A stretch of 39,344 nt of DNA from a virus (Duplodnaviria > Heunggongvirae > Uroviricota > Caudoviricetes): positions 1-39,344 of IMG/VR virus record IMGVR_UViG_645058835_000004; one strand, given 5' to 3'. The notes below the pieces were generated by a model. It worked only from the letters and a program-made list of their open reading frames with translations. It had not been told where the DNA came from and ran no database searches. This document shows, in pieces, positions 38,313 through 39,344 of the stretch. Every line of letters starts with the position of its first letter. Position 1 is the stretch's first letter. The position numbers and the translations under genes were made by a program.

Positions 38313-39344
38313 ATGGCAGTACGAAAACTCACCACAGGAAAATGGCTTTGCGAATGTTACCCCGCCGGACGTAGTGGACGTCGTGTGCGTAAACAATTCT
38401 CCACCAAAGGCGAAGCTCTGGCTTTTGAGCGTCACACGATGGAAGAAACCGAAGCAAAGCCCTGGCTGGGTGAATCAATGGATCGTCGAACACTGAAAGA
38501 CGTGGTTGAGCTATGGTTCAAACTACATGGTAAATCACTGACTGCTGGGCAGCATGTCTATGACAAATTGCTGTTGATGGTTGACGCTCTGGGCAATCCC
38601 CTTGCAACTGATCTCACCTCTAAAATGTTTGCCCACTATCGAGATAAACGCCTGACAGGTGAGATCTACTTCAGCGAGAAATGGAAGAAAGGAGCAAGCC
38701 CGGTCACTATTAACCTGGAGCAAAGCTATCTAAGTAGTGTCTTTAGCGAACTATCCCGCCTGGGCGAATGGTCGTATCCGAACCCACTGGAGAACATGCG
38801 AAAATTCACCATCGCAGAAAAAGAGATGGCATGGCTTACCCATGAGCAGATTGTTGAATTGCTGGCTGATTGCAAATGTCAGAACCCAATTCTGGCACTG
38901 GTAGTTAAGATATGCTTAAGCACAGGCGCACGCTGGCGTGAAGCCGTAAATCTTACCCGCTCACAGGTGACCAAATACCGAATTACCTTTGTAAGAACGA
39001 AGGGGAAGAAAAACAGAAGCATCCCTATCAGTAAAGAGCTTTACGAAGAGATCATGGCGCTTGATGGGTTCAATTTCTTCACAGACTGCTATTTTCAATT
39101 TTTATCCGTGATGGAAAAAACGTCTATCGTGCTCCCTCGCGGTCAACTGACACACGTTCTGCGCCATACGTTTGCGGCGCATTTCATGATGTCGGGTGGA
39201 AATATCCTTGCTTTGCAAAAAATCCTCGGACATCACGACATAAAAATGACCATGCGTTACGCACATCTGGCACCGGATCACCTGGAAACTGCATTACGGT
39301 TTAATCCGCTGGCAACACTACCAACATCAACAGCAACTGTTTGA
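38313..39344 (+). CDS. int: Tyrosine integrase (P2 Int family)
   Basis: 343-aa ORF with C-terminal catalytic region (RxxxxxxxF...LRHTFA...HxxxxMTMRYAHL); last gene before the expected attL, ends at the window edge. Confidence 0.9.
   Translation: MAVRKLTTGKWLCECYPAGRSGRRVRKQFSTKGEALAFERHTMEETEAKPWLGESMDRRTLKDVVELWFKLHGKSLTAGQHVYDKLLLMVDALGNPLATDLTSKMFAHYRDKRLTGEIYFSEKWKKGASPVTINLEQSYLSSVFSELSRLGEWSYPNPLENMRKFTIAEKEMAWLTHEQIVELLADCKCQNPILALVVKICLSTGARWREAVNLTRSQVTKYRITFVRTKGKKNRSIPISKELYEEIMALDGFNFFTDCYFQFLSVMEKTSIVLPRGQLTHVLRHTFAAHFMMSGGNILALQKILGHHDIKMTMRYAHLAPDHLETALRFNPLATLPTSTATV

Larger units (their letters stand above)
2800..39344. mobile_element. P2/186-family prophage (attR side to integrase; left boundary approximate, attL lies beyond the window end)
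   Basis: Contiguous P2-syntenic structural, lysis, packaging, replication, immunity and integrase genes; host genes stop at ybjL. Confidence 0.9.

Noticed and set aside
1-39344. CRISPR arrays, rRNA or tRNA genes, IS elements
   Set aside because: No regularly spaced direct repeats, no rRNA/tRNA-like conserved segments and no transposase-like ORFs with terminal inverted repeats were seen; the only mobile element supported is the prophage.

Overview
The window is a host-prophage junction. The first ~2.7 kb is enterobacterial chromosome (grxA, ybjM, ybjL, each read as E. coli-like), followed by a Rho-independent terminator. From ~2.8 kb to the window end lies an apparently complete P2/186-family myovirus prophage running from the attR side to the integrase. 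Its backbone is syntenic with P2/186: ogr/B, tail genes D-U-T-E/E'-FII-FI, tail fibre and baseplate genes G-H-I-J-W-V, S-R, lysis cassette, X-L-M-N-O capsid genes, terminase/portal P-Q, a candidate cos, replication gene A, cII-apl, cI and int. The regulatory set (CI-type repressor, Apl, CII, a LexA-boxed DinI/Tum-like operon) looks 186-like, so the prophage is probably SOS-inducible. Four strongly AT-rich cargo islands interrupt this GC-rich backbone at known moron positions: (1) between V and S, an ABC-type ATPase plus a Toprim/DUF4435-like partner that I read as a PARIS-like (AriA/AriB) defence pair; (2) between Q and cos, a small membrane protein; (3) between cos and the tum/A region, a 525-aa protein with TPR-like repeats and a C-terminal RNxxxH (HEPN-like) motif; (4) between cI and int, a three-gene operon (HEPN-like/zinc-ribbon protein, GNAT-like fusion protein, ASCH protein) that I cannot match to any named system and consider the best candidate for an undescribed module. 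All calls rest on reading the supplied translations and sequence and on recalled knowledge of P2/186; no database search was run.
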